Origin: Planctomycetota bacterium
GTDB taxonomy: Bacteria; Planctomycetota; UBA1135; UBA2386
DNA length: 64,000 nt
Direction: 5' to 3'
Assembly (NCBI GenBank): GCA_046290465.1
Contig: JBKAGP010000001.1
Span: 5,888,001 to 5,952,000, forward strand
The translations under genes and the position numbers were made by a program. Below are positions 40,624 to 50,878 of this stretch, one piece after another. Under the pieces are notes generated by a model. That model did no database searches, had not been told where the DNA came from, and worked only from the letters and a program-made list of their open reading frames with translations. How positions within the stretch are numbered: the first letter of the stretch is position 1; every line of letters begins with the position of its first letter.

Positions 40624-41610
40624 CTAGGCCTCGGGCAGGTCGCGCGTGTCGAGCCGGCCCGCCGCGTGCAGTTCGCCGAAGCGTCGCAGCGTCTGGCCGA
40701 TGCCGTGCTCGAGCGACGTGTCGGGCAGGCCGGGAAAGTCGCGGTGGATGGCGCTGCCGTCGAGCTGGGACGGGATCGCGAGCTCCGGGCCGTCGACGCG
40801 CAGCGTGCCCTTGGCGGCCGGGTGCAGCCGTTCGATGGTCGCGACGATGTCGGCCACCGGCACGGTCGCGCCGTGCAGGTTGTAGACGTTGGCGCCGTCA
40901 CCGCTCGCCGGCGCGTCGTCGGCGCAGCGCACGAACGCCGCGGCGGTGTCGGCGACGTAGTGGAAGTCGGTCGCGCCGCTGAACGCGATCGTGTGGCAAC
41001 GGCCGAGCACCGCGGCCTTCATCGCGGTGGTGGGGCCCGAGGTCATGCCCTGGTCGCGGCCGACGCCGTAGACCGTCAGCGGCCGCAGGCCGACGCTCGG
41101 CAGCCCCTTGTCCTGCCAGTAGACCCGCGCGGTGCCCTCGTTGGCGCGCTTGTAGACGCCGTAGTGCGTGGTCGGCTGGCAGTCCGCCCGTTCGTCGGGC
41201 GCGGCCTCGCCGGGCTCCGGCGGCCCGAACACCGCCGCGCTGCTGGCGTAGACGACGCGGCCGACCTTGGCGAGGAGCGCCGCCTCGAAGCAGTGGATCG
41301 TGCCGAGCACGTTGACCTTGGCGCCGAGCACCGGGTCCGCCTTGCAGAACGGCACCTGCAGGCCGGCGAGGTGCACGATCGCCTTCGGCGCTGCTTCCTG
41401 CACCGCGCGCGTGACCACGTCGCCGTCGGTGATGTCGCCGGTGACGAACCGCACGCGCGCGAACGCGTCCTCGTCGAGGATGTCCTGGATCCGGCGCGGG
41501 TCGCCGCCGACGTCGAAGACGACCGGCGTGTCGCCGCGGTCGACGAGGTGCTTGACGACCCAGGCGCCGATGCAGCCGAGCGCGCCGGTGACGAAGTAGG
41601 TGTTGCTCAT
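40624..41610 (-). CDS. NAD-dependent epimerase/dehydratase (extended SDR)
   Basis: TGALGCIG, HLAG, YASSAAVFG, YGVYK. Confidence 0.9.
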   Translation of the reverse strand: MSNTYFVTGALGCIGAWVVKHLVDRGDTPVVFDVGGDPRRIQDILDEDAFARVRFVTGDITDGDVVTRAVQEAAPKAIVHLAGLQVPFCKADPVLGAKVNVLGTIHCFEAALLAKVGRVVYASSAAVFGPPEPGEAAPDERADCQPTTHYGVYKRANEGTARVYWQDKGLPSVGLRPLTVYGVGRDQGMTSGPTTAMKAAVLGRCHTIAFSGATDFHYVADTAAAFVRCADDAPASGDGANVYNLHGATVPVADIVATIERLHPAAKGTLRVDGPELAIPSQLDGSAIHRDFPGLPDTSLEHGIGQTLRRFGELHAAGRLDTRDLPEA

Positions 41611-41672
41611 GATCGGGGTGGCGAGTTCTAGCACGAACGCGCCGCGAACGCCCGTCGGCTACCATGCGACGC

Positions 41673-42695
41673 ATGTGGAGAACCCTCGCCGCGTGTTGTG
41701 CCCTGCTGGCCCCGTCGTTCGCGCAGTCCGAGGAGCCGGTCGCGACCGGCTTCGTCGACCGGCAGGTCGAACTCGACGGTGAGGTGCATCGCTACCAGGT
41801 GTTCGTGCCGGAGGCATACGAGGCCGGCAGACCGTGGCCGCTGATCGTGTTCTTGAACGGTCGCGGCGAGTGCGGTCGCGACGGCCGCAGGCAGGCGACG
41901 GTCGGGCTCGGCAAGGCGATCCGACGGCAGCCGGAGCGCTGGCCGTTCGTGGTGGTGTTCCCGCAGAAGCCGGTCAAGCGCACCCAGTGGGGCGACCACG
42001 ACGACCTGGTGCAGGCGACGCTCGCGGCGACCGAGAAGCAGTACGCGATCGACCCGGCGCGCCGCTTCCTGACCGGGCTGTCGCAGGGTGGCTCCGGCGC
42101 GTGGGAGCTCGGCAGCAAGCACGCCGCGACCTTTTGCGCGGTGGCGCCGGTGTGCGGCTACCGGCTCGGCACGTGGAAGGTGAAGGGGCTGGTCGGCACG
42201 CCTGTGTGGGCCTTCCACGGCGAGGCCGACAAGGTCGTGCCGATGGCGCAGTCGCAGCTGCTGTGCGGCGAACTGCGGAAGGCCGGCGGTGCGCCGGCGC
42301 TGACGACCTATCCCGGCGTCGGCCACAACTCGTGGGACGACGCCTACGGCGGCTCGGCGCTGGCGGAGTGGTTCCGGCTGGCGGCGAAGGAGCCGCTCGG
42401 CGCGCGCTACCTGGCCGACCACCGCGACGTCGAGACGCGCGCCGAGCTGCGCTCCGGTGAGCGCACCCGTTCGCTCACCGGCGACGATGCCTGGCGTGCG
42501 CTGCAGCGGTTGGTGCGGGCGGGCGGCCTCGAACTGGTGTCCCGCGAGGATGCGCAGGGCGTGCAGGCGTCGCTGCAGCTGACCGCGCGCGGTGCGGGTG
42601 GCGAGTGGCGCTGCGACGTCCGTCTCGGCGATGGCGCCGCAGCGGCCGCCGCGCGGCAGGCGATCGCGGCGATCGTCGCGGCCGCCGACAAGTAG
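41673..42695 (+). CDS. Secreted alpha/beta hydrolase (carboxylesterase / predicted peptidase)
   Basis: GLSQGG nucleophile elbow, FHGEADKVVP, YPGVGHNSW; signal peptide. Alternative start 41664. Confidence 0.85.
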   Translation: MWRTLAACCALLAPSFAQSEEPVATGFVDRQVELDGEVHRYQVFVPEAYEAGRPWPLIVFLNGRGECGRDGRRQATVGLGKAIRRQPERWPFVVVFPQKPVKRTQWGDHDDLVQATLAATEKQYAIDPARRFLTGLSQGGSGAWELGSKHAATFCAVAPVCGYRLGTWKVKGLVGTPVWAFHGEADKVVPMAQSQLLCGELRKAGGAPALTTYPGVGHNSWDDAYGGSALAEWFRLAAKEPLGARYLADHRDVETRAELRSGERTRSLTGDDAWRALQRLVRAGGLELVSREDAQGVQASLQLTARGAGGEWRCDVRLGDGAAAAAARQAIAAIVAAADK

Positions 42696-42730
42696 CGTGG
42701 TCGCGAGCAGGTCGGGCGGGTGCCCCGTCC

Positions 42731-43564
42731 TCAGCTCAGGCCGTAGACGCGCGCCGCGTTGCCGCCGAACAGCTGCTGCCGTTCGTGCTCGGACAGCTCG
42801 GCGGCCCAGTCAGAGACCAGCTGGTAGACGTCGCGATAGCCGTCGGCGGCGAGCAGCGCCACCGGCCAGTCCGAGCCGAACATCAGCCGCTCGATGCCGA
42901 ACGCCTCGAGCGCCTTGTCGAGGTAGGTGCGGAAGTCGGACGGTTGCCAGCCGTTCCAGCTGGCCTCGGTGACCATGCCCGAGACCTTGCAGTGCACCGG
43001 CTCGAACTGCGCCAGGCCCTCGAAGCCGAGCAGCCAGTCGTCGGTGCGCTGGTTCTGGATGTCGGGTTTGGCCAGGTGGTCGAGCACGAACGGCTGGTCG
43101 GGCAGCGCCGCGACGAACGACACCGCGGCGTCGAGCTGCCGCGGGTAGATCAGGATGTCGTAGACCAGGCCGCGGTCGGCGAGCCTGGCGACGCCGGCCT
43201 GGAAGTCCGGCCGCAGCAGGAACTGGTCGTCGGGCTCGTCCTGCACGACGTGGCGCAGGCCGCGCAGCAGCGGTTCCTGGCACAGTTCGTCGAGCTGCGC
43301 GTCGAGGTCGTCGGCGCACAGGTCGGCCCAGCCGACGACGGCCTTGACGCAGTCGTGCTCGCGCGCGAGGTCGAGCAGGAAGCGGGTCTCGTCGAGCGAG
43401 CTGCGCGCCTGCACCGCGATGGTGCCGTCGAGCCCGCAGGCGGCCAGGTGGGGCTGCAGGTCGCCGGGCAGGAAGTCCCGCGCGATGCGCTGCATGCGCT
43501 CGTCGATCCAGCCGTATTCGGCTTCGGAGTAGCGCCAGAAGTGCTGATGGGAGTCGATGCGCAC
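42731..43564 (-). CDS. Amidohydrolase family sugar lactonase (L-fuconolactonase-like)
   Basis: IDSHQHFW, VVGWADL, GLRHVVQDEPD, VLDHLAKP, CKVSG, MFGSDWPV; GTG start at 43564. Confidence 0.88.
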   Translation of the reverse strand: MRIDSHQHFWRYSEAEYGWIDERMQRIARDFLPGDLQPHLAACGLDGTIAVQARSSLDETRFLLDLAREHDCVKAVVGWADLCADDLDAQLDELCQEPLLRGLRHVVQDEPDDQFLLRPDFQAGVARLADRGLVYDILIYPRQLDAAVSFVAALPDQPFVLDHLAKPDIQNQRTDDWLLGFEGLAQFEPVHCKVSGMVTEASWNGWQPSDFRTYLDKALEAFGIERLMFGSDWPVALLAADGYRDVYQLVSDWAAELSEHERQQLFGGNAARVYGLS

Positions 43565-43622
43565 GCGGCGATTGTTGGCGCGGGTGGCGCGCCGGGCAAG
43601 CGCGGGCCGCATACTGCGCTGT

Positions 43623-44723
43623 GTGAGGGTGGTCGTGCTGTGTTCTCTGTTCGACGTGCTGGCGCTCGCGTTCGGGCTCGCCTGCGCGCTGCGGTTGCGC
43701 TACCGCCACTGGCTGCTCGAAGCGGTCCAGGCGGTGGCGTTCGTCGGCGCGGCCTGCACGGCCGGCGGCGGCCTGCTGCTGCTGCCGTACGGCGGCTTCG
43801 GGCTGCTGCGCGGGGTCAGCCACGCGCTGTTCTGCGTGTCGCTGCCGGTGCTGCTGGTGCGCGCCGTGGTGATCCGGCGGCGGGCGCCGTGGCTGGCCGC
43901 AGCCGCGCTGCTGGCGTTCGTGGTCGGCGAGGGCATCTACGTGTTCGCGCGGGAGGTCGAACCGTTCCGTCTCGAGGTGACCCGCGATGCGGTGCGCAGC
44001 CCGCGGCTCGGCGCGCTGCAGCGGCCGCTGCGGGTCGCCTGCGTCGCCGATCTGCAGACCGACCGGTGGGGGCCGCACGAGGTCGCGGCGTTCGACGCGG
44101 TGGTCGCGTTCGCGCCCGACCTGGTGCTGTTCCTCGGCGACTACCTGCAGGTGCCCGCCAGCGAACGGGCGGCGCTGCTGCCGCTGCTGCACGAGCAGCT
44201 GGCGCGCGTCGACGCGCCGCTCGGCATGTTCGCGGTCGACGGCGACGTCGACGCGAGCGCCGGTGGCGTCCGGAGCCTGTTCGAAGGCAGCGCGGTGCGG
44301 GTGCTGGTCGACGATCGGGTATCGCTGCCGGGCGTGCCCGTCGACCTCGTCGGGCTGTCGCGGCTGCGATCGCGGGCGCCGTTCCTCGACCGCTCGGTGG
44401 TCGCCTCGCTGCGCGGCGAACGGTTTCCGATCGTGATCGGCCACGCGCCGGACTTCATGCTCGCGTGCGTGCGCGACTCGCTCGACGCCGACGCGCTGTT
44501 CGTCGCCGGCCACACCCACGGCGGCCAGCTGCAGGTCCCGGGCTTCGGCGCGCCGGTGACGTTCTCGGCGGTGCCGCGCTGGCTCGGCAGCGGCGGCGTG
44601 TTCGAGCACGGCCGGACCTGGCTGGCGGTCAGCCGCGGGATCGGCCTCGAACGCGGTGCGGCGCCGCAGATCCGGCTGTTCTGTCGGCCGCAGCTGATGC
44701 TGCTCGAGCTGTCCGGCCGCTGA
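43623..44723 (+). CDS. Membrane-anchored metallophosphoesterase (YkuE-like)
   Basis: ADLQ, LGDY, GHAPD, AGHTHGGQ, VSRGIG; N-terminal TM helices. The usual GNHD reads GDVD. Confidence 0.8.
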   Translation: MRVVVLCSLFDVLALAFGLACALRLRYRHWLLEAVQAVAFVGAACTAGGGLLLLPYGGFGLLRGVSHALFCVSLPVLLVRAVVIRRRAPWLAAAALLAFVVGEGIYVFAREVEPFRLEVTRDAVRSPRLGALQRPLRVACVADLQTDRWGPHEVAAFDAVVAFAPDLVLFLGDYLQVPASERAALLPLLHEQLARVDAPLGMFAVDGDVDASAGGVRSLFEGSAVRVLVDDRVSLPGVPVDLVGLSRLRSRAPFLDRSVVASLRGERFPIVIGHAPDFMLACVRDSLDADALFVAGHTHGGQLQVPGFGAPVTFSAVPRWLGSGGVFEHGRTWLAVSRGIGLERGAAPQIRLFCRPQLMLLELSGR

Positions 44724-44765
44724 CCGCGCTGGTGTCGCGGGGCTTTGCGGCTGGCATCCTCGGCC

Positions 44766-45734
44766 ATGGCCACCGCGCGACTCGTCCTGTTGCTGACGCC
44801 GATCCTCAGCCTCGCCGCCTGCGGCGACTCCGGTGGCGAGCAGCCGCAGCAGGGAGGCGAGCCAAAGCGCGTCGTCGTGATCCCGAAGGGCACGTCGGCG
44901 CAGTTCTGGCAGGCGGTCAACGCCGGCGCGCAGGCGGCGGCCGGCGAAAGCGGCCTCGAGGCGACGTTCAAGGGGCCGCTCGAGGAGAGCGACCGCGCCG
45001 CCCAGAAGCAGCTGATGCAGCAGTTCGTCAGCGAGGGCGTCGCCGGCATCGCGCTGGCGCCGCTCGACCAGAAGGCGCTGGTACCGGAGGTCAAGCGCGC
45101 GACCCAGAAGGGCATCCCGGTGGTGATCTTCGACTCGGCGCTCGACGCCGAGGTCGGCAAGGACTTCGCCACGTTCATCGCGACCGACAACCGCAAGGGC
45201 GGTGAGATCGCCGGTGAGGAGATGGCGCGGCTGCTCGGCAACCAGGGCAAGGTCGTGCTGCTGCGGTTCCAGGTCGGCTCGGCGTCGACGACGGCGCGCG
45301 AGGAGGGCTTCCTCGAGGTCGTGCGCGGCAAGGGCATCGAGGTGCTCGTCGACAACCGCTACGCCGGCGCCAGCACCGGCGAGGCGAAGACCTCGGCGCT
45401 CAACCTCGCCGACGAACTCAAGCAGGCCGACGGCGTGTTCTGCCCGTGCGAGCCGGTGACCAAGGGCATGATGCTCGCGCTCGACCAGCTGGATCTGACC
45501 GGCAAGCTCAAGTTCGTCGGCTTCGACTGCACGGCGCCGCTCAAGAAGGGGCTCGAGGACGGCAAGATCGACGCGCTGGTCGTGCAGGACCCGCACCGCA
45601 TGGGCCAGCTCGCGGTCGAGTCGCTGAAGGCGCTGATCGACGGCGGCAAGGTCGAGCCGTTCGTCGACACCGGCTGCGTGCTGGCGACGAAGGCCAACAT
45701 GAACGAGCCCGAGGTCGCCCCGCTGCTCAAATGA
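44766..45734 (+). CDS. Monosaccharide ABC transporter substrate-binding lipoprotein (RbsB-like)
   Basis: Lipobox LAAC; IPVVIFDS, IATDNRKGG, VGFD, VVQDPHRMG. Confidence 0.92.
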   Translation: MATARLVLLLTPILSLAACGDSGGEQPQQGGEPKRVVVIPKGTSAQFWQAVNAGAQAAAGESGLEATFKGPLEESDRAAQKQLMQQFVSEGVAGIALAPLDQKALVPEVKRATQKGIPVVIFDSALDAEVGKDFATFIATDNRKGGEIAGEEMARLLGNQGKVVLLRFQVGSASTTAREEGFLEVVRGKGIEVLVDNRYAGASTGEAKTSALNLADELKQADGVFCPCEPVTKGMMLALDQLDLTGKLKFVGFDCTAPLKKGLEDGKIDALVVQDPHRMGQLAVESLKALIDGGKVEPFVDTGCVLATKANMNEPEVAPLLK

Positions 45735-47245
45735 GCGTCGCTCCGGCGCGCCTGTGCGTGCGGGCGCTGCACAAACGCTTCGGTCCGACCAGGGCCCTCG
45801 ACGGCGTCGACCTCGACGTGCGCGCGGGCGAGGTGCACGCGCTGGTCGGGGAGAACGGCGCGGGCAAGTCGACGCTGCTCAAGGCGCTCGCCGGCGTGCA
45901 CGTGCCGGACTCGGGTTCGATGGAGCTCGACGGCTTCCTGCACATGCCCGACGGTCCGGCCGACGCGCAGCGGGCCGGCCTCGCGATCATCCACCAGGAG
46001 CTGGCGCTGGCGCCGCACCTGACGATCGCCGAGAACGTGTTCCTCGGGCGCGAGCCGCGGCGCGGGCCGTTCGTCGATCGCAGCGCGCTGCGCGAACGGA
46101 CCCGCGAGGCGCTCGCGCGCGTCGGTCGCGCGCACCTCGACCCGGAGCAGACCGTCGCGACGCTGCCGCCGGCCGACCGCCAGCTGGTCGAGATCGCGCG
46201 CGCGCTGTCACAGGACGTGCGGGTGCTGGTGCTCGACGAGCCGACCTCGAGCCTGACGCAGGCCGACGTCGGCCCGCTGCTGGCGCGGCTGCGGGCGCTG
46301 GCAGCGACCGGCGTCGCGGTCGTCTACGTGTCGCACGTGTTCGAGGAGCTGTTCGAGGTCGCCGATCGCTACACGGTGCTGCGCGACGGCCGCACGGTCG
46401 GCAGCGGTGCGCTGCGCGACATCGACCACGACGGCCTGGTCGCGGCGATGGTCGGCCGCGACGTCGAGCAGCTCTACCACCGTTCGCCGGCGGAGCCCGG
46501 CGAGGTCGTGCTCGAGCTCGACGGGCTGCGCGGCGTGACGCTGCCGGCCGACGCGACGCTGCAGCTGCGACGCGGCGAGGTGCTCGGCATCGCCGGGCTG
46601 GTCGGCGCCGGGCGCACCGAACTGCTGCGCTGCATCTTCGGCCTCGACGAGGTCCGCGCCGGCACGGTCCGGGTGCTCGGCGAGCCCGGTGCGCGCTCGC
46701 CGCGGCAGCGCTGGCAGCAGGGGGTCGGGCTGCTCAGCGAGGACCGCAAGCTCGAGGGGCTGTCGCTGTCGCAGTCCTTGTCCGACAACCTGTGGCTGCC
46801 GTGCCTGCAGCGGCGCAGCCGGCACGGGCTGCTCGCGTCCGGCCAGCTCGACCGCGACGCCGGGCCGTGGCTCGAGCGCATGGCGGTCAAGTTCCGCGCG
46901 CCGGCCCAGGCGATCCGCGAGCTGTCCGGCGGCAACCAGCAGAAGATCGCGTTGGCGCGGCTCTGGGCGGCCGAGTGCGACGTGCTGCTGCTCGACGAAC
47001 CGACGCGCGGCGTCGACGTCGGCGCCAAGGCCGAGATCTACCGGGCCATCGACGAACTCGCGCACGCGCGCCACAAGGCGGTGCTGGTGGTGTCCAGCTA
47101 CCTGCCCGAACTGCTCGGGCTCTGCGACCGCATCGCGGTGGTGGCGCGCGGCGTGGTGCTGCCGGCGCGGCCGGTGGCCGAACTCGACGAACACACGCTG
47201 CTCGCGCAGATGACCGCGGGCCCCGAACAGGAAGGCACCGCATGA
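45731..47245 (+). CDS. Monosaccharide ABC transporter ATP-binding protein (RbsA-like)
   Basis: GENGAGKST, DEPTSSL, GLVGAGRTE, LSGGNQQK, DEPTRGVDVGAK. Confidence 0.95.
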   Translation: MSVAPARLCVRALHKRFGPTRALDGVDLDVRAGEVHALVGENGAGKSTLLKALAGVHVPDSGSMELDGFLHMPDGPADAQRAGLAIIHQELALAPHLTIAENVFLGREPRRGPFVDRSALRERTREALARVGRAHLDPEQTVATLPPADRQLVEIARALSQDVRVLVLDEPTSSLTQADVGPLLARLRALAATGVAVVYVSHVFEELFEVADRYTVLRDGRTVGSGALRDIDHDGLVAAMVGRDVEQLYHRSPAEPGEVVLELDGLRGVTLPADATLQLRRGEVLGIAGLVGAGRTELLRCIFGLDEVRAGTVRVLGEPGARSPRQRWQQGVGLLSEDRKLEGLSLSQSLSDNLWLPCLQRRSRHGLLASGQLDRDAGPWLERMAVKFRAPAQAIRELSGGNQQKIALARLWAAECDVLLLDEPTRGVDVGAKAEIYRAIDELAHARHKAVLVVSSYLPELLGLCDRIAVVARGVVLPARPVAELDEHTLLAQMTAGPEQEGTA

Positions 47246-48330
47246 ACGTCGCCAAGTGGCTGCGCACCGCCGGACCGCTGCTCGGTCTGGTCCTGACCTG
47301 GACGCTGTTCGCCGCGCTCGAGCCCGGCTCGTTCCTGTCGTGGAGCAACCAGAAACTGATGCTGCTGCAGACCGCGGTGGTCGGCATCGCCGCGGTCGGC
47401 GCCACCTGGATCATCGTCAGCGGCGGCATCGACCTGTCGGTCGGAGCCAACGTCGCGCTCAGTTCGACGGTCGGCGCGCTGGTGATGAAGGAGGGGCACG
47501 GGGTCGTCTGGGCGTCGCTGGCGACGGTGCTGACCGGAGCCGCCGTCGGCTGGCTGATCGGCGCGCTGGTGGTCGGCGCGCTGCTGCGCGCGCTGGTCTG
47601 CGGCGCAATCGCGGCCGGCGCGATGTTCGCGGCCGGTTCGCTCGGCGTGCTGTGGAGCTGCCTGATCGGCTTCGTCGTCGGTGCCGGCGCCTGGTTCGCC
47701 ACCAGGCGCCTGCGCTGGGCGCTGCCGCTGTCGCCATTCATCGTCACGCTCGGCCTGTGGGGCGCGTTGCGCGGCATCGCCAAGGGGGCGAGCGACAACC
47801 AGGGCATCTACTTCGAGGAGCAGCGCGGCTACGCGCAGCTGTGTGCGCTGATGGAGGACGGCTGGCTGCTGGCGCCCGGGGTCTGGGTGCTGCTGGCGGT
47901 CGCGGTGCTGGCGTCGCTGCTGCTGCGCCGGTCGGTGTTCGGCCGCCACGTCACGGCGCTCGGTTCGAGCCGCGAGACCGCGAGGCTTTGCGGCATCGAC
48001 CTGCCGAAGACCGAACTGCGCGTCTACGTGCTGGCGTGCCTGCTGGCCGGCGTCGCGTCGGTGCTGCAGCTCAGCTACCTGACGGTGGGCGATCCGACCA
48101 CGGCGCAGGGCCTCGAGCTGCGCGCGATCGCGGCCGCGGTGATCGGCGGCGCCTCGCTCGCCGGTGGCGAGGGTGCGATCGTCGGCACGCTGCTGGGCGC
48201 GCTGATCATGACCGTCGTCAACAACGGCTGCTCCAAGGTCGGCCTCGACAACTGGGTGCAGGAGATCGTCACCGGCGCGATCATCGTCGCGGCGGTCGCG
48301 CTCGATCGCTGGCGTCAGGGCCGTTCGTAG
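47242..48330 (+). CDS. Monosaccharide ABC transporter permease (RbsC-like)
   Basis: GGIDLSVG, PFIVTLG, ELRAIAAAVIGGASLAGG; ATGA overlap. Confidence 0.93.
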   Translation: MNVAKWLRTAGPLLGLVLTWTLFAALEPGSFLSWSNQKLMLLQTAVVGIAAVGATWIIVSGGIDLSVGANVALSSTVGALVMKEGHGVVWASLATVLTGAAVGWLIGALVVGALLRALVCGAIAAGAMFAAGSLGVLWSCLIGFVVGAGAWFATRRLRWALPLSPFIVTLGLWGALRGIAKGASDNQGIYFEEQRGYAQLCALMEDGWLLAPGVWVLLAVAVLASLLLRRSVFGRHVTALGSSRETARLCGIDLPKTELRVYVLACLLAGVASVLQLSYLTVGDPTTAQGLELRAIAAAVIGGASLAGGEGAIVGTLLGALIMTVVNNGCSKVGLDNWVQEIVTGAIIVAAVALDRWRQGRS

Positions 48331-49202
48331 CCGAGCGCCGCGCCTTCGCCGACCAGGAACCGCAGCAGCTCGGGGAAGATCGGCCGCCAGTCGACCCACT
48401 TGTGGCGGCCGTCGTAGACCAGGTAGTCGTGGCCGATGCCGTGCGCGTCGAGGTGGTCGTGGAAGTGGCCGTTGCCGACGATGATGTCGCCGCGGTCGTG
48501 CGTGCCGTAGGCGAGCAGCACGCGCACGTCGTCGAGGTCGTCCTGGCTGCGCCACTGCTCGAACAGGTCGTCCTGCCGGACCTTGTCGAGGTCGTCGGTC
48601 GCGCCCCAGATCCGTTCGACGGGGATGAACAGGCGCACGAAGAAGCCGTTGGTGAACGCGACCAGGTGCTCGGCGTCCATCACCGGCGCGCTGATCGCGG
48701 CGGCCGCCGAGAACGTCTCGGGCTCGAACCGCGCGAACCGCAGCGTGCCGTGGCCGCCCATCGAGATGCCCATCACCTTGGTGTGCTCGCGGCCGGTGAG
48801 CGTGTGGTAGCGCCGCTGCACCTCGGGCAGCAGGTCGCGCACGACCCAGTCGCGGTAGCGGTGGCTGCCGTCGTGCCAGTTCTCCCAGAAGCCGAGTTCG
48901 CCGTCCGGCACGACGATGACGCAGCGCGGCGCCTCGCCGCGTTCGATCGCCCGGTCGAGCGTCTGGCCGACGCCGGCGCGGTCGAAGCAGTCCTCGTCGT
49001 CGCCGCCGCCGTGCAGGAACACCACCAGCGGCAGCTTCTCGGTCGGCGAGAAGCCCGGCGGCGTGTAGACCGCGTAGCGCATGCGCTGCTGCATCGCGGG
49101 GCTGTCGAGTTGCTCGTAGACGAGGCGGCGTTCGAACGACGAGCACGAAGCCATCAGCAGCAGCGAGACGGCGAGCAACAGCGGGCGGAGCGGGCGCGGC
49201 AT
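48315..49202 (-). CDS. Putative esterase family lipoprotein
   Basis: Lipobox-like LMASC; VYTPPG, FLHGGG, GISMGG, GRHKW. Confidence 0.85.
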   Translation of the reverse strand: MPRPLRPLLLAVSLLLMASCSSFERRLVYEQLDSPAMQQRMRYAVYTPPGFSPTEKLPLVVFLHGGGDDEDCFDRAGVGQTLDRAIERGEAPRCVIVVPDGELGFWENWHDGSHRYRDWVVRDLLPEVQRRYHTLTGREHTKVMGISMGGHGTLRFARFEPETFSAAAAISAPVMDAEHLVAFTNGFFVRLFIPVERIWGATDDLDKVRQDDLFEQWRSQDDLDDVRVLLAYGTHDRGDIIVGNGHFHDHLDAHGIGHDYLVYDGRHKWVDWRPIFPELLRFLVGEGAALGYERP

Positions 49203-49291
49203 GGTGCAGCGGTTCGTCGGATCGTCGGCGGCGGTTGCGATGCTCGTGGTTCCCGTGGGCACGGGGTGGAACGGTCGCTACCTTCGGGATC

Positions 49292-50812
49292 GTGCGCGCG
49301 CTCCCGTGGTCGTTGGTGCTGCTGGCTTCGGCCTGCAGCGCCGTTCCCGAACGGCCCCGGCGGCCGCTCAACGTCGTGATCCTCTACGCCGACGACCTCG
49401 GCTACGGCGACCTCGGTTGCTACCAGCAGGACTCGAAGATCCCGACGCCGCACCTCGACCGGCTGGCCGCACAGGGCGTGCGCTTCACCGATGCGCACAG
49501 CTCGTCGGGCATCTGCACCCCGTCGCGCTACGCGCTGCTGACCGGCCGTCACCACTGGCGCAAGTTCCACGGCATCGTCAACGCGTTCGGGCCGTCGGTG
49601 TTCGACGACGCGCGGCTGACGATGCCCGAGATGTTTCGCGAGCACGGCTACCGGACCGCGTGCATCGGCAAGTGGCACCTCGGCTGGGACTGGCGGGCGA
49701 TCCGGCGCGAGGGTGCCGAGCCGGTGGGCGGCCAGGGCTACGACGCGGCGGCGTTCGACTGGAGCCGGGCGGTGCCCGGCGGGCCGCTGGCGCACGGCTT
49801 CGAGCACTACTTCGGCGACGACGTGCCGAACTTCCCGCCCTATGCGTGGATCCGTGACGACCGCGTCGAGGGGCCGCCGAGCGTGCCGTATCGGCCGGCG
49901 CCGAAGCCGCCCGAAGGCAGCCACGAGGGCCGGCCCGGCCCGATGGTCGACGGCTGGCGGCTCGACCGGGTGATGCCGGAGCTGACCGAGCACGCGGTCG
50001 CGTGGCTGCGGGCGCGCGCGGGGGACGAGCAGCCGTTCTTCCTGTACTTCCCGTTCACGTCGCCGCACGCGCCGATCGTGCCGGCCGACGAGTGGCGCGG
50101 TCGCAGCGGTGCGGGGCCGTACGGGGACTTCGTCGCGCAGACCGACGACACCGTCGGGCGGGTGCTGCGCGCGCTCGACGAGGCCGGCCTCGCCGACGAC
50201 ACGATCGTGGTGTTCTCGGCCGACAACGGGCCCGAGCACTACGCGTATCCGCGCATCCAGGCATACGGGCATCGAAGCGCCGGCGAGCTGCGCGGGCTCA
50301 AGCGCGACGTGTTCGAGGGCGGCCACCGGGTGCCGATGCTGGTGCGTTGGCCGGGGGTGACCGAGGCCGGCCGGGTCAGCGATGCGCTGGTATCGCAGTG
50401 CGATCTGATGGCGACGTTCGCGGGGCTGCTCGGCCACGAACTGCCCGACGACGCCGGGGAGGACAGCTTCGACCAGGCGCCGGTGCTGCGGGGCGAGCGC
50501 GACGCGGTGCGGCGGTTCGCGATCCACAACACGTTCGCCGGCAAGTGGGGCGTGCGCCGTGGCCGCTGGCTGCTGCTGACCCATCAGGACGGCTACCACA
50601 CGCGCGTGCCCGGCTGGGTGCGGCGCTCGTACCCGGTGCCCGACGGCGACGTGATGCTGTGCGACCTCGTCGACGATCCCGGCCAGCGGCGCGACCTCAG
50701 CGAGCGCCATCCCGAGATCGTCGCGCAGCTGCGCACGCTGCTCGAGCACGTTCGGGAGCGCGGCCACAGCGCGCCGCGGCTTGAGGGGGTGAGGCAGGAT
50801 GGAGGGCGGTGA
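49292..50812 (+). CDS. Formylglycine-dependent sulfatase (arylsulfatase A-like), lipoprotein
   Basis: ADDLGYGD, CTPSRYALLTG, GKWHLG, SADNG, EGGHRVP; LASAC lipobox. Confidence 0.95.
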   Translation: MRALPWSLVLLASACSAVPERPRRPLNVVILYADDLGYGDLGCYQQDSKIPTPHLDRLAAQGVRFTDAHSSSGICTPSRYALLTGRHHWRKFHGIVNAFGPSVFDDARLTMPEMFREHGYRTACIGKWHLGWDWRAIRREGAEPVGGQGYDAAAFDWSRAVPGGPLAHGFEHYFGDDVPNFPPYAWIRDDRVEGPPSVPYRPAPKPPEGSHEGRPGPMVDGWRLDRVMPELTEHAVAWLRARAGDEQPFFLYFPFTSPHAPIVPADEWRGRSGAGPYGDFVAQTDDTVGRVLRALDEAGLADDTIVVFSADNGPEHYAYPRIQAYGHRSAGELRGLKRDVFEGGHRVPMLVRWPGVTEAGRVSDALVSQCDLMATFAGLLGHELPDDAGEDSFDQAPVLRGERDAVRRFAIHNTFAGKWGVRRGRWLLLTHQDGYHTRVPGWVRRSYPVPDGDVMLCDLVDDPGQRRDLSERHPEIVAQLRTLLEHVRERGHSAPRLEGVRQDGGR

Positions 50813-50878
50813 ACGTGGCGCGTCGAAGTGGCGCAGGATGAACCGGGTTCGGTATGTGGTGGTTGGTAGGATCGGGGG

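Noticed and set aside
48315..48330. 16-bp overlap of convergent permease and esterase 3' ends as an antisense control
   Set aside because: Short convergent overlaps are common in compact high-GC genomes; no further support.
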